Positions 46,111 to 55,198 of a stretch of 64,000 nt of DNA are shown here, in pieces. Each line of letters opens with the position of its first letter. Position 1 is the first letter of the stretch. Made by a program: the position numbers and the translations under genes. The notes under the pieces are model-generated. The model was not told where the DNA came from. It was given only the letters and a program-made list of their open reading frames with translations, and did not search any database. The DNA comes from an uncultured Chloroflexia bacterium (GTDB lineage: Bacteria; Chloroflexota; Limnocylindria; Limnocylindrales; CSP1-4): positions 86,960-150,959 of the forward strand of contig CAWAKU010000006.1 of NCBI GenBank assembly GCA_963782715.1, read 5' to 3'.

Positions 46111-47949
46111 CTATTCCGGCTCCCACGTCGCGTCGCCCGTGTCGTCCGCCGGCGGGTCCGCCTCCGGCGGCACAGGCTCGTCCTCCCAGTCATGCCACTC
46201 GACCTCGGGGTAGGCCGCCAGGTACGCCTTGACGACGCTGCCGACCGTCGGATGGAACGACTCGGGACCCAGCCGGTCGTAGATGCCATAGACCCGTAGC
46301 CGGTCCTTGACCCGGCCCTTCAATTCCGCGAAGTGCAGTGCCACGCCGCGCGCGCCGAGCTCGCCGATCAGCTCGTCGAGCATGTCCGCCGCGGTCGTGT
46401 CGACATCGACGACCGGTTCCGACGCGACCGCGATCCAGCGTGGCGGCGGCTGGGTCCGGCGCACGACGTCGAACACGTGCTCGCGGAAGAGCTCGGCATT
46501 GGCGAAGAACAGCGGAGCGTCCCAGCGGTACAGGATCAGGCCGGGAACGGCCTTGCCCTCGGGATGCCGCTCGAGGTCGTGATAGCCCTTGTAGTTGGCG
46601 ACCCGCCCGAGGACCGCGTCGTAGGGCCGCCAGGCGTTGCGCACGAAGATGATCAAGGACAGGGCGATGGCCGCCCCGATGCCGGGCAGGGCGCCGAACA
46701 GGGTGACCGCAAAGAACGCGACCGCCGCCGGCATGAGCTCGGTCCGCCGGACGACCCAGAGGTGCCGGAGTCCCTTGACGTCGAACAAGGTGATGGCAGC
46801 CGACACGACGACGGCGGCCAGGGCGGCCGTCGGCACGGGCGCCAGCAGGCCGGGTACGAAGACCAGGAGCGCCAGGATCGCGAACGCACCGATGAGACCG
46901 GTGACCTGGGTGCGCGAACCGGCCTGCTCCGCGACCGGTGTCCGGGTGGCGCTCCCGCTGGCAGCGAACCCTCCGATCAGGGCGGAGCCCAGATCGGTGA
47001 TGCCGAGAGCCGCCAGTTCATGGTCGGGGTCGACGCGCTCGCCGCGACGGGCAGCGAACGAGTGCGAGATGACCGACGTGTCGGCGAAGGAGATGAGCGC
47101 GACCGCGACGGCCGTCGGGAAGAGGTCGACCACGTCCGACCATGACACGGCCGGGATCCCGAGGGCGGGTAGCCCGCGGGGGACCTGGCCGACGACGGGG
47201 ACCACTCCAGACAGGTCCAGCGCGGCCACGATGGCCCCGGCCGCCGCGACGGCGATGAGCGGGGTCGGCAGACCGCGAACGAGTCGGCGGAGGACGAGGA
47301 TCGCCGTCAGGCTGCCGAGGCCGAGAGCGGCCGCCGCCGGGACCACCTTGCCGTCCATGATCCCCTGGACGAGGCCCTGGAGCTCGCCGATGACGTCGTT
47401 CGACGCGACGGTGAAGCCCAGCAGTTTCGGCAGCTGGCCGGCCAGGATGATCACGGCGATCCCGTTCATGTAGCCGACCCGGATCGGGCCGGACAGGAGG
47501 TCTGTCAGGAACCCGAGCCGGGCGACGGCTGCGGCCAGGCACAGGACCCCGGCCATGATCGTGATGGCCGAGGCGAGGTCGATGGCGCGGGCCGAATCTC
47601 CGGCGGCAAGCGGGACGACAGCGGCCGCGAACAAGGGCAGCAGCGCCGAATCCGGACCGAACACCAGGATGCGTGACGGGCCGACCAGGAAGTACCCGAT
47701 GAGGGCGCCGATCGAGGCGTACAGGCCGGCGATCGCGGGAAGCCCGGCGGCCTGTGCGTAGCCCATCCCCACCGGGACAAGGACCGCGGTGAGGGCGAGG
47801 CCGGCGGACAGGTCCGCCTGGACATCGGCGCGGGAGTACCCGGTGCGGATGCGCGCGATCGTCGGGAGGATGCGCAGGACTTCGTCACCCGTCGGCCGCC
47901 GGAGACGAGGGATCCGCGGGACCGGTCTGCGATCGGACGAGGCGCTCAC
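46111..47949 (-). CDS. SulP-family anion permease with C-terminal STAS domain
   Basis: Sulfate-transporter family signature plus a STAS domain. Confidence 0.85.
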   Translation of the reverse strand: MSASSDRRPVPRIPRLRRPTGDEVLRILPTIARIRTGYSRADVQADLSAGLALTAVLVPVGMGYAQAAGLPAIAGLYASIGALIGYFLVGPSRILVFGPDSALLPLFAAAVVPLAAGDSARAIDLASAITIMAGVLCLAAAVARLGFLTDLLSGPIRVGYMNGIAVIILAGQLPKLLGFTVASNDVIGELQGLVQGIMDGKVVPAAAALGLGSLTAILVLRRLVRGLPTPLIAVAAAGAIVAALDLSGVVPVVGQVPRGLPALGIPAVSWSDVVDLFPTAVAVALISFADTSVISHSFAARRGERVDPDHELAALGITDLGSALIGGFAASGSATRTPVAEQAGSRTQVTGLIGAFAILALLVFVPGLLAPVPTAALAAVVVSAAITLFDVKGLRHLWVVRRTELMPAAVAFFAVTLFGALPGIGAAIALSLIIFVRNAWRPYDAVLGRVANYKGYHDLERHPEGKAVPGLILYRWDAPLFFANAELFREHVFDVVRRTQPPPRWIAVASEPVVDVDTTAADMLDELIGELGARGVALHFAELKGRVKDRLRVYGIYDRLGPESFHPTVGSVVKAYLAAYPEVEWHDWEDEPVPPEADPPADDTGDATWEPE

Positions 47950-48050
47950 GGCTTCCTGAGCCTCTGGGCGTAATGGGGCGCGTCGCCGGCATCATGCCAG
48001 AGCGATGTGCCCCGCCGTGGCGTCGCCGCGCCCTGCGGCGATCACGCGCC

Positions 48051-48263
48051 TCAGTGGCTGAGGAGAAGCAGGATCGCTTCCTCGGTCAGGACCGTCCGGC
48101 GTGAGATGAGGCGGGCGATCTTGCGAGGATCGCCATGGGTCCGGATCAGTCGACTCCGGTCGAGGCGCGGCCAGAGGTCATTGGCCCGCTCGTAGATGGC
48201 TTCGACCCGGGAGTCGCGCGGATGGCTCCGAACAGATGGACCGACGTCGGACAGCATGCTCAT
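48051..48263 (-). CDS. Small hypothetical protein (70 aa)
   Basis: An ATG with a nearby GGAGA. Basic helical sequence, unverified. Confidence 0.3.
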   Translation of the reverse strand: MSMLSDVGPSVRSHPRDSRVEAIYERANDLWPRLDRSRLIRTHGDPRKIARLISRRTVLTEEAILLLLSH

Positions 48264-48429
48264 CTCCGATCCCCTCTGGGCTCGACCCCGCGAGCCGATC
48301 TGGAGTGACCATGCGCCCGGATCGTGTGGGCTTCCTGAATCAAGAGTGAGAAGTCTCCAATCTTCGAACACGGCTTGACATCTCAGTCGCCGCATGTACA
48401 GTACCGTTAGGTTATATAACCAAATAGTG

Positions 48430-48843
48430 ATGGACATGCCGCAGACGGACCCTCTGAGCACCACGTTCGCCGCCCTTGCCGACCCGACCCGTCGGGCCAT
48501 CCTCGCCCGGCTCGCCCAGGGCGAGGCATCGGTCAAGGACCTGGCCGAGCCCTTCGACATGAGCCAGCCCGCGATCTCGAAGCACCTGCGGGTGCTCGAG
48601 CGAGCCGGCCTCATCGAGCAGGGACGCCAGGCGCAGTGGCGACCGCGACGGCTTCGGGCGGGACCGCTCCGCGATGTCGCCGACTGGGTCGGCCTCTACC
48701 GACGGCATTGGGAGGAGAGCTTCGAACGTCTCGACGCCTACTTCCGTGACCTCCAGGACACGCAGGTGCAAGGAGAAGGAGATGACGATGACCGCGACTC
48801 GGATCGACCGAGGCAGCAACGAGTCGACCCTCATCTACTCTGA
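48430..48843 (+). CDS. ArsR/SmtB-family transcriptional regulator
   Basis: ArsR HTH (LADPTRRAILARLAQGEASVKDLAEPFDMSQPAISKHLRVLERAGLI). The ORF runs on to overlap the next gene by about 60 nt, so the true C-terminus may be shorter. Confidence 0.8.
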   Translation: MDMPQTDPLSTTFAALADPTRRAILARLAQGEASVKDLAEPFDMSQPAISKHLRVLERAGLIEQGRQAQWRPRRLRAGPLRDVADWVGLYRRHWEESFERLDAYFRDLQDTQVQGEGDDDDRDSDRPRQQRVDPHLL

Positions 48844-49288
48844 TGGCGGCGACCTCGTCTTCGAGCGGACATTCGATGCGACGGTCGAGCAGGTCTGGGC
48901 GGCGTTCACGGATCCCGCCGTCATCCCCCGCTGGTGGGGCCCTCACGGCACGACGACGACCGTGGCCGAGATGGACGTCCGGCCCGGCGGCAAGTGGCGC
49001 TACATCAGTTCAGCCCCGGACCGCGAGGACGTGGCCTTCTATGGCGAGTACCTCGAGGTCGAGCCGCCGACGCGCATCCGCTGGACGTTCATGTTCGATG
49101 TCGAGGGTGTCGGCCCGATGGGCGGACCCGAGACGCATCTCTTCGAGGACGTCGGTGGTCGCACGAGGATCATCTCGACCAGCCATCTCGGCTCGCCCGA
49201 GATGATCGAGGGTGCGCTCGCGACCGGGATGGCCAAGGGCGCCATCGAGACCTGGGACCGCCTCGCGACCCTGCTTGCCGAGGGCTGA
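48782..49288 (+). CDS. SRPBCC-domain protein (AHSA1-like / activator of Hsp90 ATPase homolog)
   Basis: AGGAGAAGGAG RBS. AHSA1-type SRPBCC fold, the typical partner of ArsR. Confidence 0.8.
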   Translation: MTMTATRIDRGSNESTLIYSDGGDLVFERTFDATVEQVWAAFTDPAVIPRWWGPHGTTTTVAEMDVRPGGKWRYISSAPDREDVAFYGEYLEVEPPTRIRWTFMFDVEGVGPMGGPETHLFEDVGGRTRIISTSHLGSPEMIEGALATGMAKGAIETWDRLATLLAEG

Positions 49289-49301
49289 TCCATCCCCCGG
49301 G

Positions 49302-49345
49302 CCGGACGACCCGCACGCGCGGGTCGTCCGGCTTCTTCGTGTTCG
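49302..49345 (+). terminator. Rho-independent terminator
   Basis: A perfect 13-bp inverted repeat, CCGGACGACCCGC-acg-CGCGGGTCGTCCGG, followed by CTTCTTCGTGTTCG. It lies 14 nt after the SRPBCC stop. Confidence 0.65.
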
Positions 49346-49474
49346 CGAGCGTCCCGGCTCACGCGTGCCCTTCGGCCCTGTCCCCCGCCCGGTCGGCGGC
49401 TCAGGATTCGTCCCATCGGACCGAACCTGACGAAGGGGCGCGTCCCAGCACGACCCCGCCAGGGAGGCTCGAAC

Positions 49475-52400
49475 GTGGAGCAGCATTTCGAGTGCGTCGA
49501 CGGCAACGAGGCCGCGGCGCGCGTCGCCTACGCCGTCAGTGAAGTGATCTCGATCTACCCGATCACCCCGGCCTCGCCGATGGCCGAGCATTGCGACGAC
49601 TGGTCGGCCGCCGGCCGGCCCAACCTGTGGGGCAAGGTCCCCGACGTCGTCGAGATGCAGTCCGAGGCCGGTGCGGCGGGCGCACTCCACGGCGCGCTCC
49701 AGAAGGGCGCCCTCGCGACCACGTTCACCGCCTCCCAGGGCCTGCTCCTGATGGTCCCGAACATGTTCAAGATCGCCGGCGAGCTGACGCCGGCCGTCAT
49801 CCACGTCGCCGCGCGGACGATCGCGACCCACGCCCTGTCGATCTTCGGCGACCACAGCGACGTGATGCACGCCCGGACGACCGGTTGGGCGATGCTCGCC
49901 GCCGGGTCCGTCCAGGAGGCACACGACTTCGCTCTCGTGGCCCACGCTGCCACCCTCCGCGCGCGGGTCCCGTTCCTGCACTTCTTCGACGGCTTCCGGA
50001 CCTCCCACGAGGTCGACAAGATCGCCGTCCTCGCCGAGGACGACATCCGGGCGCTGGTCCGCGATGCCGACGTCCTCGCCTTCCGCGGACGGGGTATGAC
50101 CTCGGATGCGCCCGTCGTGCGCGGCACGGCCCAGAACCCCGACGTCTTCTTCCAGGCCCGAGAGGCCTGCAACCCGTACCACCTGGCCGTCCCGGGAATC
50201 GTCCAGGAGGTCATGGACGAGCTCGCCGAGCGGACCGGTCGCCGGTACGGGCTGGTGGACTACCACGGCGCCCCGGACGCCGACCGGGTCATCGTCGTCA
50301 TGGGCTCCGCGGCCGGCGCCGTCACCGAGACCGTCGACGCGCTGGTCGCCGCCGGCGAGCGGGTCGGGATGCTCCAGATCCGGCTGTTCCAGCCGTTCCC
50401 GGCAGCCGAGCTCATCGCCGCCCTGCCGCCCACCACGCGCGCGATCGCGGTCCTCGACCGAACCAAGGAGCCGGGCGCGGTCGGCGAGCCGCTCTACCTC
50501 GCGACCATCGGCGCGCTGGCCGAGGCGTCCGACGCGGACGAGCCGCGTTTCGCGACGTCACCCCGGGTGATCGGCGGCCGCTACGGCCTGTCATCGAAGG
50601 AGATGACACCGTCGATGATCAAGCCGATCTTCGACGAGCTCGCGGCCGCTCGGCCGCGGCGCCACTTCACGGTCGGGATCTACGACGACGTGACCAACCT
50701 CAGCCTTCCGATCGACGTCGACTTCCGCACGCCCCGTCCGGCCGGCGAGGTCCAGGCCATGTTCTTCGGGCTCGGCTCGGACGGCACGGTCGGGGCAAAC
50801 AAGGCATCGGTCAAGATCATCGGCGAGGGCACCGACCTGTACACCCAGGGCTACTTCGTGTACGACTCGAAGAAGTCGGGGTCGATCACGGTGTCGCACC
50901 TGCGGTTCGGGCCGGAGCCGATCCGCTCGACGTACCTCATCGATGGCGCGGACTTCGTCGCCTGCCATCAATTCGGGATGCTCGGCAAGACCAAGATCCT
51001 CGAGTACGCGAAGCATGGCGCGACGTTCCTGCTCAACTCCCCGTATGGTCCGGACGAGGTCTGGGATCACCTGCCGGGCGGCGTCCAGCGGCTGCTGGTC
51101 GACAAGGCCATCGACTTCTGGGTCATCGACGCGTTCTCCGTGGCCGACGACGCGGGCATGGGCAGCCGGATCAACACCGTCATGCAGCCGTGCTTCTTCC
51201 AGCTGGCCGGGATCCTGCCCGCCGAGGAGGCCATCGCCCGGATCAAGGACTGGGTCACGGCCACCTATGCCAAGCGCGGAGAGGCAACCGTCGCCCGCAA
51301 CTTCGACGCGATCGATCGGTCGCTGGCCCGGCTCGGCCACGTGACTCCAGGCACGGTCACCAACGACAAGACGGCCACGGCGCTGGTCCCGGTGGGCGCG
51401 CCGGACTTCGTCACGCGGGTCACCGCCCGGCTGATGGCCGGCGACGGCGATCTCCTGCCGGTCAGCGCGATGCCGGTCGATGGGACGTTCCCGAGCGGGA
51501 CGACCCGCTACGAGAAGCGGGCGATCGCCCACGAGATCCCGATCTGGGATCCGTCCATCTGCATCGACTGCGGCAAGTGCGCGATGGTCTGCCCGCACGC
51601 GACGATCCGGATGAAGGTCTTCCCGACCGCGGACGTCGCCGCCGCGCCCGATGGGTTCCTGCACAAGGAATTCAAGTCGCGCGACCTGCTCGACCATCGG
51701 CTGACGATCCAGGTCGCGCCCGACGATTGCACCGGCTGCGGGGTGTGCGTGGACGTCTGCCCCGCCAAGAGCAAGACCGACACCAGCCACAAGGCGATCA
51801 ACATGGAGCCGGTCGCCGACCACCGCGACACGGAACGCGTGCGCTGGGACTTCTTCCAGTCCATCGCTCCGCTGGACCGGGGCCTGATCCCGCACGACAC
51901 GGTCAAGGGCAGCCAGGTCCTCGAGCCCCTGTTCGAGTTCTCGGGCGCCTGCGGCGGCTGCGGCGAGACGCCATACATCCGCCTGGTCAGTCAGCTGTTC
52001 GGTGACCGGATGATCGTCGCCAACGCGACGGGCTGCTCATCGATCTACGGCGCCAACCTGCCGACCACCCCGTGGACCGTCAATGCGGCGGGTCGCGGCC
52101 CGGCCTGGAACAATTCGCTGTTCGAGGACAACGCCGAGTTCGGGCTCGGGATGCGGCTCGCCCTCGACGCGCAGACCGACCACGCCCGCCGGCTGGTCGA
52201 GCGCCTGGCGCCCGAGATCGGCGAGGATCTCGCCCGAGGGATCCTTGATGGCGCACAGGAGACCGAGGCCGAGATCGTCGCCCAGCGCGACCGGGTCGGC
52301 CTGCTGCGAGACGCGCTCACGCGGATCGACGGTCCGGCGGCCGGCGACGCGCGACACCTGCTCACCCTCGCCTCCGACCTCGTCCGCCAGGGCGTCTGGA

Positions 52401-53128
52401 TCATCGGCGGTGACGGCTGGGCCTACGACATCGGGTTCGGTGGCGTGGACCAGGTCCTGTCGTCCGGTCGCAACGTGAACATCCTGGTCCTCGATACGGA
52501 GGTCTACTCGAACACCGGTGGCCAATCGTCGAAGGCGACGCCGCGGGGCGCGGTGGCCAAGTTCGCCGCCGCCGGCAAGGGCACGGCCAAGAAGGACCTC
52601 GGCGCGATCGCCCGGTCGTACGGCAACGTCTACGTCGCGCAGGTATCGATGGGCGCGAACGACCTCCAGACGACCAAGGCGCTGCTCGAGGCGGACGCCT
52701 GGCCGGGACCGTCGCTGGTCATCGCCTACAGCACCTGCATCGCTCATGGGATCGACATGTCGAAGTCGATGAGCCACCAGAAGGACGCGGTCAAGAGCGG
52801 CTACTGGCCGCTCTATCGCTTCCATCCGTCGGAGATCGAGGGCGGCAAGCCGTTCAAGCTCGACTCCTCCACGCCGTCCATCCCGATCGCCGACTTCGTG
52901 GCGACCGAGACCCGCTTCGCGGTCCTCAAGCGGACCGATCCCGAGCGAGCCGCCGAGCTGGCCGGGCTGGCCCAATCCGATGCCGACGAGCGTTGGCATT
53001 ACTACGAGCAGCTGGCCGGCATCGAGCGGACCGTCCCGCACATCCACCGACCCGACCCGGACATCGTGCCCGAGGTCGAAAGCGATGCGGGCTACCGCTA
53101 CGAGCGAGAAGGAGGCACGGAGGCATGA
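49475..53128 (+). CDS. nifJ: Pyruvate:ferredoxin (flavodoxin) oxidoreductase, single-polypeptide PFOR
   Basis: A 1217-aa protein with PFOR domains I-VII, two 4Fe-4S ferredoxin motifs (CIDCGKCAMVCP, CTGCGVCVDVCP) and a TPP-binding domain (GGDGWAYDIG). Confidence 0.9.
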   Translation: MEQHFECVDGNEAAARVAYAVSEVISIYPITPASPMAEHCDDWSAAGRPNLWGKVPDVVEMQSEAGAAGALHGALQKGALATTFTASQGLLLMVPNMFKIAGELTPAVIHVAARTIATHALSIFGDHSDVMHARTTGWAMLAAGSVQEAHDFALVAHAATLRARVPFLHFFDGFRTSHEVDKIAVLAEDDIRALVRDADVLAFRGRGMTSDAPVVRGTAQNPDVFFQAREACNPYHLAVPGIVQEVMDELAERTGRRYGLVDYHGAPDADRVIVVMGSAAGAVTETVDALVAAGERVGMLQIRLFQPFPAAELIAALPPTTRAIAVLDRTKEPGAVGEPLYLATIGALAEASDADEPRFATSPRVIGGRYGLSSKEMTPSMIKPIFDELAAARPRRHFTVGIYDDVTNLSLPIDVDFRTPRPAGEVQAMFFGLGSDGTVGANKASVKIIGEGTDLYTQGYFVYDSKKSGSITVSHLRFGPEPIRSTYLIDGADFVACHQFGMLGKTKILEYAKHGATFLLNSPYGPDEVWDHLPGGVQRLLVDKAIDFWVIDAFSVADDAGMGSRINTVMQPCFFQLAGILPAEEAIARIKDWVTATYAKRGEATVARNFDAIDRSLARLGHVTPGTVTNDKTATALVPVGAPDFVTRVTARLMAGDGDLLPVSAMPVDGTFPSGTTRYEKRAIAHEIPIWDPSICIDCGKCAMVCPHATIRMKVFPTADVAAAPDGFLHKEFKSRDLLDHRLTIQVAPDDCTGCGVCVDVCPAKSKTDTSHKAINMEPVADHRDTERVRWDFFQSIAPLDRGLIPHDTVKGSQVLEPLFEFSGACGGCGETPYIRLVSQLFGDRMIVANATGCSSIYGANLPTTPWTVNAAGRGPAWNNSLFEDNAEFGLGMRLALDAQTDHARRLVERLAPEIGEDLARGILDGAQETEAEIVAQRDRVGLLRDALTRIDGPAAGDARHLLTLASDLVRQGVWIIGGDGWAYDIGFGGVDQVLSSGRNVNILVLDTEVYSNTGGQSSKATPRGAVAKFAAAGKGTAKKDLGAIARSYGNVYVAQVSMGANDLQTTKALLEADAWPGPSLVIAYSTCIAHGIDMSKSMSHQKDAVKSGYWPLYRFHPSEIEGGKPFKLDSSTPSIPIADFVATETRFAVLKRTDPERAAELAGLAQSDADERWHYYEQLAGIERTVPHIHRPDPDIVPEVESDAGYRYEREGGTEA

Positions 53129-54138
53129 CCGTCGACCTGCGCACGCGCTACCTCGGCCTGGACCTGCGCTCGCCGATCGTCGCCTCCGCGGCGCCCGGCA
53201 ACGGGGATCCCGAGATGGCCCGACGACTCGAACGGGCTGGGGTCGGCGCGATCGTCCTGCCATCGCTGTTCGAGGAGGAGATCCTCGGCGAGGAGATCGA
53301 GCTCAATCGCTCGCTCGATCAGGGCACCGAGCAGTTCGCCGAGGCGCTCGACTACTTCCCCGCGGTCGATCGCTTCATCGGCGCGGCCGATCGGTACCTC
53401 GCCTCGCTCGAGCGGGTCAAGGCGGCGGTCGACGTGCCGGTCATCGCCAGCCTCAACGCGAGCACACCCGGTGGCTGGGTCCAGTACGCCCGCCAGCTCG
53501 AGGCGGCCGGCGCCGACGCGCTCGAGCTCAACCTCTACCACCTGGCAGCCGACCCGCACCGAACCGCCGACGAGATGGACGCGGTCGATCTCGCGCTGAT
53601 CGCGGCGGTCCGGACGGCGGTGGCCATCCCCCTCGCGGTCAAGCTGAGCCCGTTCTACTCCGCCTTCGCGAACTTCGCGGCCCGGGCCGTTGCCGCCGGC
53701 GCAGACGGCCTCGTGCTGTTCAACCGCTTCTACCAGCCCGACCTGGACCTCGATGCGCTCGAGGTCGTACCGCGACTCGAGCTGAGCCACCCCTGGGAGA
53801 TGCGCCTGCCCGTGCGCTGGATCGCCATCCTCCGACCGCAGCTCGGGCCGACCGTCTCGCTGGCGGTGACCTCCGGTGCCGCAAGCGGGACTGACGTGGT
53901 CAAGGGCCTGATGGTCGGCGCCGATGTCGTGATGATGACCTCGGCCCTGCTGCGCCAGGGCCCCGAGCACGTCGCGACCGTGGTCGCCGGTCTTCGCGGC
54001 TGGCTCACGGAGCGTGAATACGAGTCGGTCGCGCAGCTCAGGGGCAGTGCCAGCCAGGCCACCGTCGGCGACCCGGCCGCCTTCGAGCGCGCGAACTACA
54101 TGCACACGCTCCGTTCCTGGGCGACGTCAGAGGGGTAG
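53125..54138 (+). CDS. Dihydroorotate-dehydrogenase-like (PyrD-family TIM-barrel) protein, PFOR-associated
   Basis: Its ATG overlaps the PFOR stop (ATGA). DHOD / dihydropyrimidine-dehydrogenase-like barrel (LKLSP, VLFNRFYQPD). Confidence 0.8.
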   Translation: MTVDLRTRYLGLDLRSPIVASAAPGNGDPEMARRLERAGVGAIVLPSLFEEEILGEEIELNRSLDQGTEQFAEALDYFPAVDRFIGAADRYLASLERVKAAVDVPVIASLNASTPGGWVQYARQLEAAGADALELNLYHLAADPHRTADEMDAVDLALIAAVRTAVAIPLAVKLSPFYSAFANFAARAVAAGADGLVLFNRFYQPDLDLDALEVVPRLELSHPWEMRLPVRWIAILRPQLGPTVSLAVTSGAASGTDVVKGLMVGADVVMMTSALLRQGPEHVATVVAGLRGWLTEREYESVAQLRGSASQATVGDPAAFERANYMHTLRSWATSEG

Positions 54139-54161
54139 CCCCTCATTTCTGGCGCAGGGCC

Positions 54162-54929
54162 TCACTTCCGCCATTCGAAGATCCGTTCGTTCGACTCGTC
54201 TGCCCAGACGAGCCCTGGTTCAGCCGGGGGCGGTGCGTCGGACGTGAGTGCACGTACCCAATCGCGCGACGACCCGCAGAACGTGCTTGCGAAGACTTCC
54301 GGGTAGCGGCGGACCACAGCCCGGTTGGCGGCCGTGTCACGCACGACCCAGACGGTCGCGACGCGGTAGGCCGGCCCGTCGTCGAGTGTTGCCGCTAGGT
54401 CGGCCGCTTCCGCTTGCTTGCGATGGGTCGATCGGATGGCAGCGCCGATGTCGCCGAACGTGTTCCAGGCCTCTTCGATGATCAGGACGCGTTGACGGGC
54501 ATCCCGGACGCAGACGTCGATCGAGTGGGACGGGTCCAGTGGCCGGGTCGGGAGCTCAACGGTGGCGGACCGACCCGTCCGCCGCGCGAGCCCAAGCAGC
54601 AGTTCCTGGATCGCGAGGTGGCCGGCGTCGATCGGGCCCCGAGTCGCTCCAAGCGGCCTCGAGAACGAGATGGCGAGCGGCTGGTCAAGAGCCTGGCCGA
54701 GGGCGACCCAGATGCTGAGGGGCGCCCCATCGCCATGACCGAGCTCGATCTGGCTGATCCGTGTCTGGTCGACATCGACCAGGGCGGCGAGTTCGTCCTG
54801 CGTCAAGTGCTTTCGCGTGCGGCCGGACCGCACAGCCCGCCCGAGTGTGGACACGATCGAGGCGGTCAGTCGGTCAGCTTCGCGAGCGCGTTCGGTCGGG
54901 CGGTGTCGGGTCGTACCGAGATGGCTCAC
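54162..54929 (-). CDS. XRE-family HTH regulator with an uncharacterised about 170-aa C-terminal domain
   Basis: An HTH_XRE domain (LTQDELAALVDVDQTRISQIELG) followed by a domain of unknown function. Confidence 0.7.
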   Translation of the reverse strand: MSHLGTTRHRPTERAREADRLTASIVSTLGRAVRSGRTRKHLTQDELAALVDVDQTRISQIELGHGDGAPLSIWVALGQALDQPLAISFSRPLGATRGPIDAGHLAIQELLLGLARRTGRSATVELPTRPLDPSHSIDVCVRDARQRVLIIEEAWNTFGDIGAAIRSTHRKQAEAADLAATLDDGPAYRVATVWVVRDTAANRAVVRRYPEVFASTFCGSSRDWVRALTSDAPPPAEPGLVWADESNERIFEWRK

Positions 54930-55145
54930 GAATCAGAGTCTTACATCTGCCGCTTCACTGGCCGTTAGCTGCGTTTACCCGATGATCGCGATCCGATTCG
55001 GTGCGATCGAGCGTGGGAGGCAGCCCCATCAGCCGCGGATCGCGCCGCTCCGGGCGCTTCCCGTGCTGGTTCCCGGCAGGTTAGGAGCCTGGTTCGTGCG
55101 GACGGCGTTTCGGGCCTCGCCCCTTCCGCCTGCGCTCGGAATCGA

Positions 55146-55171
55146 AGGGCCGGCCCTGGCGGACCGGCCCT
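55146..55171 (-). terminator. Candidate terminator hairpin after the ABC substrate-binding gene
   Basis: AGGGCCGG ... CCGGCCCT, an 8-bp GC stem, lying 28 nt past the stop of the 55199..56317 gene. There is no strong U-tract. Confidence 0.35.
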
Positions 55172-55198
55172 CCCCTATCGCGGCGTGTCGACGACCGT

